A stretch of 63,455 nucleotides of DNA, counting the filler, from Reclinomonas americana ATCC 50394 (taxonomy: Eukaryota), in assembly GCA_048213135.1 (NCBI GenBank). It is 10 parts of 10 records of this genome, joined end to end, with 100 filler letters (N's around TTAATTAATTAA, not from the genome) between each part and the next. Parts side by side here need not be neighbours in the genome. Positions count along the whole stretch, not along the records: positions 51,833 to 63,455 come from AFZH01020262.1; 9 more parts are not named here. One strand, written 5' to 3'. The position numbers were made by a program, and so were the translations under genes. Each line of letters starts with the position of its first letter. The stretch's first letter is position 1. The notes below the pieces were generated by a model. It searched no databases. It saw only the letters and a list, made by a program, of their open reading frames with translations, and was not told the DNA's origin. Below, piece after piece: positions 61,614-63,455 of the stretch.

Positions 61614-63198
61614 ATGAGCTCCAAGAAGAACCAGCGGCGACCCAAGGGCACCGCCGGCCCATCGAGCAGCAGGCAAGTCGCTCTCTCTCTCTCTCTCACA
61701 CAGATATTTGCATGTGAGCACACCACTCTCTTGCACGCGCGTGCGACAACTGCGCATTCTCTCTCTCTCTCTCCCACACACTCTCTGTCTCTCTTCCTCT
61801 CCCACGCACACACATCTGCTGCACTCACAACCTCACAAAAGGGGCGCGAAACAAAAAAAGGGAGCTGGAAATGGCTCCCCTCTCTCACTCACACGCACAC
61901 GTCTCTCTCTCTCTCTGCTGCATGCAGTCACGCGGCTGCCTCTCTCGCCGGTTCCGCTTCATCCATGGCCGATCCATTTGCTCGATTTCTCGCCGGCGGA
62001 TCGGCGGGCTCGGCTTCAGCGGCTTCGGCGGGTGTGAGTCATGCTGGATCGTCTTCGTCGGAGGCGGAGTCGTTTGCGGCCATGTCCATGTCGCGCGTGA
62101 AGGGCTACGTTGCGTGTGTGAAGTGGGATTGCAGGTGGCAAGGACGGGGCGAGTTTGTCCTGTTTGTCGGGGCTCTGCTGGGGAGACAACAGAGGGAGGG
62201 AGGGAGGGAGAGAGAGGGAGGGAGGGAGATAAGGAGTCATGCATCAGTCGACAGGCTGCTTGACGATTGAGTCCATCGACTGGCTTGGCAATTGTGGCAG
62301 AGGCCAGAGTCATCATTGAGAAGAGAGAAGATGAGTCGATCGATTGGCTTGGCGATCAGAGAAGATAGATATCGACAGGGTGCTTGGCAATCGATGTACA
62401 CAACTTGGCTGAGAGAAATGAGTCGATCGATTGACTTGACGATCGTGGCAGAGGCGAGAGTCGTCAGTGAGCGTTGTGGGGAGTAAGACGACAGGCTGCT
62501 TGGCGATCGACACTGAATTAGAGACGACAGAGCAATGCACTGTCCCTCGCGTGTGTGCTGGCGATCGATGCACTTGCAGAGAGACGATAGCCGTGGCACA
62601 GGCGAGAGTCATCGCTGAGCGGAGAGAAGAGAGTTATGCTTGCTGCATGACAATCGATGCACCCAACGATGCAGAGAGACGAGAGTCGTGCCACATGCGG
62701 AGACCTTGCAGAGGCGAGAGTCATCACTGAACGTGAGAGATGAGAGGCATGCATCGACGCGCTCTCTGGTGATCGATGCGCCCAGTACAGAGAGAAGAGA
62801 GGCACACAACCACCGACAGCTGCTTAGCGATCAACACTGCGTTACAGCGACAAGAGAGTGATGTTATGTTCTGGACTCGCTGCTTGGCGATCGAGGCACA
62901 CAGCGTCGCAGAGAAGAGAGCTATGTATGCTCTTTGAGCACTGATGGACACCATCGTAGTCTACGGTTGTGGGGATCTCTCACGCATCACCAGCTGCCGT
63001 CGCGCTGACATCCGTTCTCTCACAGGAGGCCGACCAGCTACGCTTGCTGTTTAAGAAGCTGAGCAAGAAGGACTCGGTGACCAAGTTGAAGGCGTTCACA
63101 GAGTTGTCCGAGTTTGTGGAGCGAATGGAGAGTGCGGATTCGGATGACATGCGGGAAACCCTGGCACAGTTGATTCCTGAGTGGGCGATTGCTTACAA
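61614..63198 (+). CDS. LTN1: Listerin/Ltn1 E3 ubiquitin ligase, first three exons (continues past window)
   Basis: MSSKKNQRRPKGTAGPSSSSHAA N-terminus and LRLLFKKLSKKDSVTKLKAFTEL...LIPEWAIAY. Exons 61614-61672, 61928-62108 and 63026-63198. Confidence 0.88.
62240..62960. repeat. Degenerate modular repeats in LTN1 intron 2
   Basis: GCAGAGGCGAGAGTCATC-like x4 and GCTTGGCGATCGA-like x~8. Confidence 0.7.
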
Positions 63199-63237
63199 GT
63201 TGAGTGGATAGGAAATGGGGTGGCTTCCAGCTTTGCT

Positions 63238-63455
63238 TCCTCCCCACTCGCTGTGCTCCTTCCCCACTCGCCTTTTGCTCCTTCCCCCACTCGCCTCTTG
63301 CTCCTTCCCCCACTCGCCTCTTGCTCCTTCCCCCACTCGCCTCGTGCTCGATCTTCACTCGCCCCTTGCTCATTCCCCCACTCGCCTCTTGCTCGTTCCC
63401 CCCACTCGCCTCTTGCTCCTTCCCCCACTCGCCTCGTGCTCGATCTTCACTCGCC
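63238..63455. repeat. ~23-bp minisatellite (CCCCACTCGCCTCTTGCTCCTTC)n
   Basis: Direct reading; lies in LTN1 intron 3. Confidence 0.9.

Overview
Intron-rich eukaryotic (probably protist) scaffold with nine artificial 100-bp gap spacers (44 N + TTAATTAATTAA + 44 N), so order and distance across gaps are not guaranteed. (1) 1-29.6 kb: four head-to-tail ~7.8-kb copies of an unrecognised multi-exon gene. Each copy encodes a probable nuclear protein of roughly 1,300-1,400 aa (hand estimate) with five copies of a ~200-aa domain joined by acidic/basic linkers. A fixed-length 10-aa segment is hypervariable across the 20 domain copies. (2) A spliced 43-aa micro-ORF, a TMEM260/DUF2723-like gene, a convergent gene carrying an RNxxxH (HEPN-like) motif, the 5' end of a Ser-rich gene and a large acidic repeat exon. 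(3) An AP-2 mu subunit gene with an intron holding five tandem pre-miRNA-sized hairpins. (4) At least eight intronless 7-blade WD40 genes with near-identical 42-aa repeats, variable surface positions and a shared unknown C-terminal tail. (5) A PDI-family gene with degenerate active sites (CTYS and HPRC), head-to-head with the 5' end of listerin/LTN1. All gene models were spliced by hand; no searches were run.
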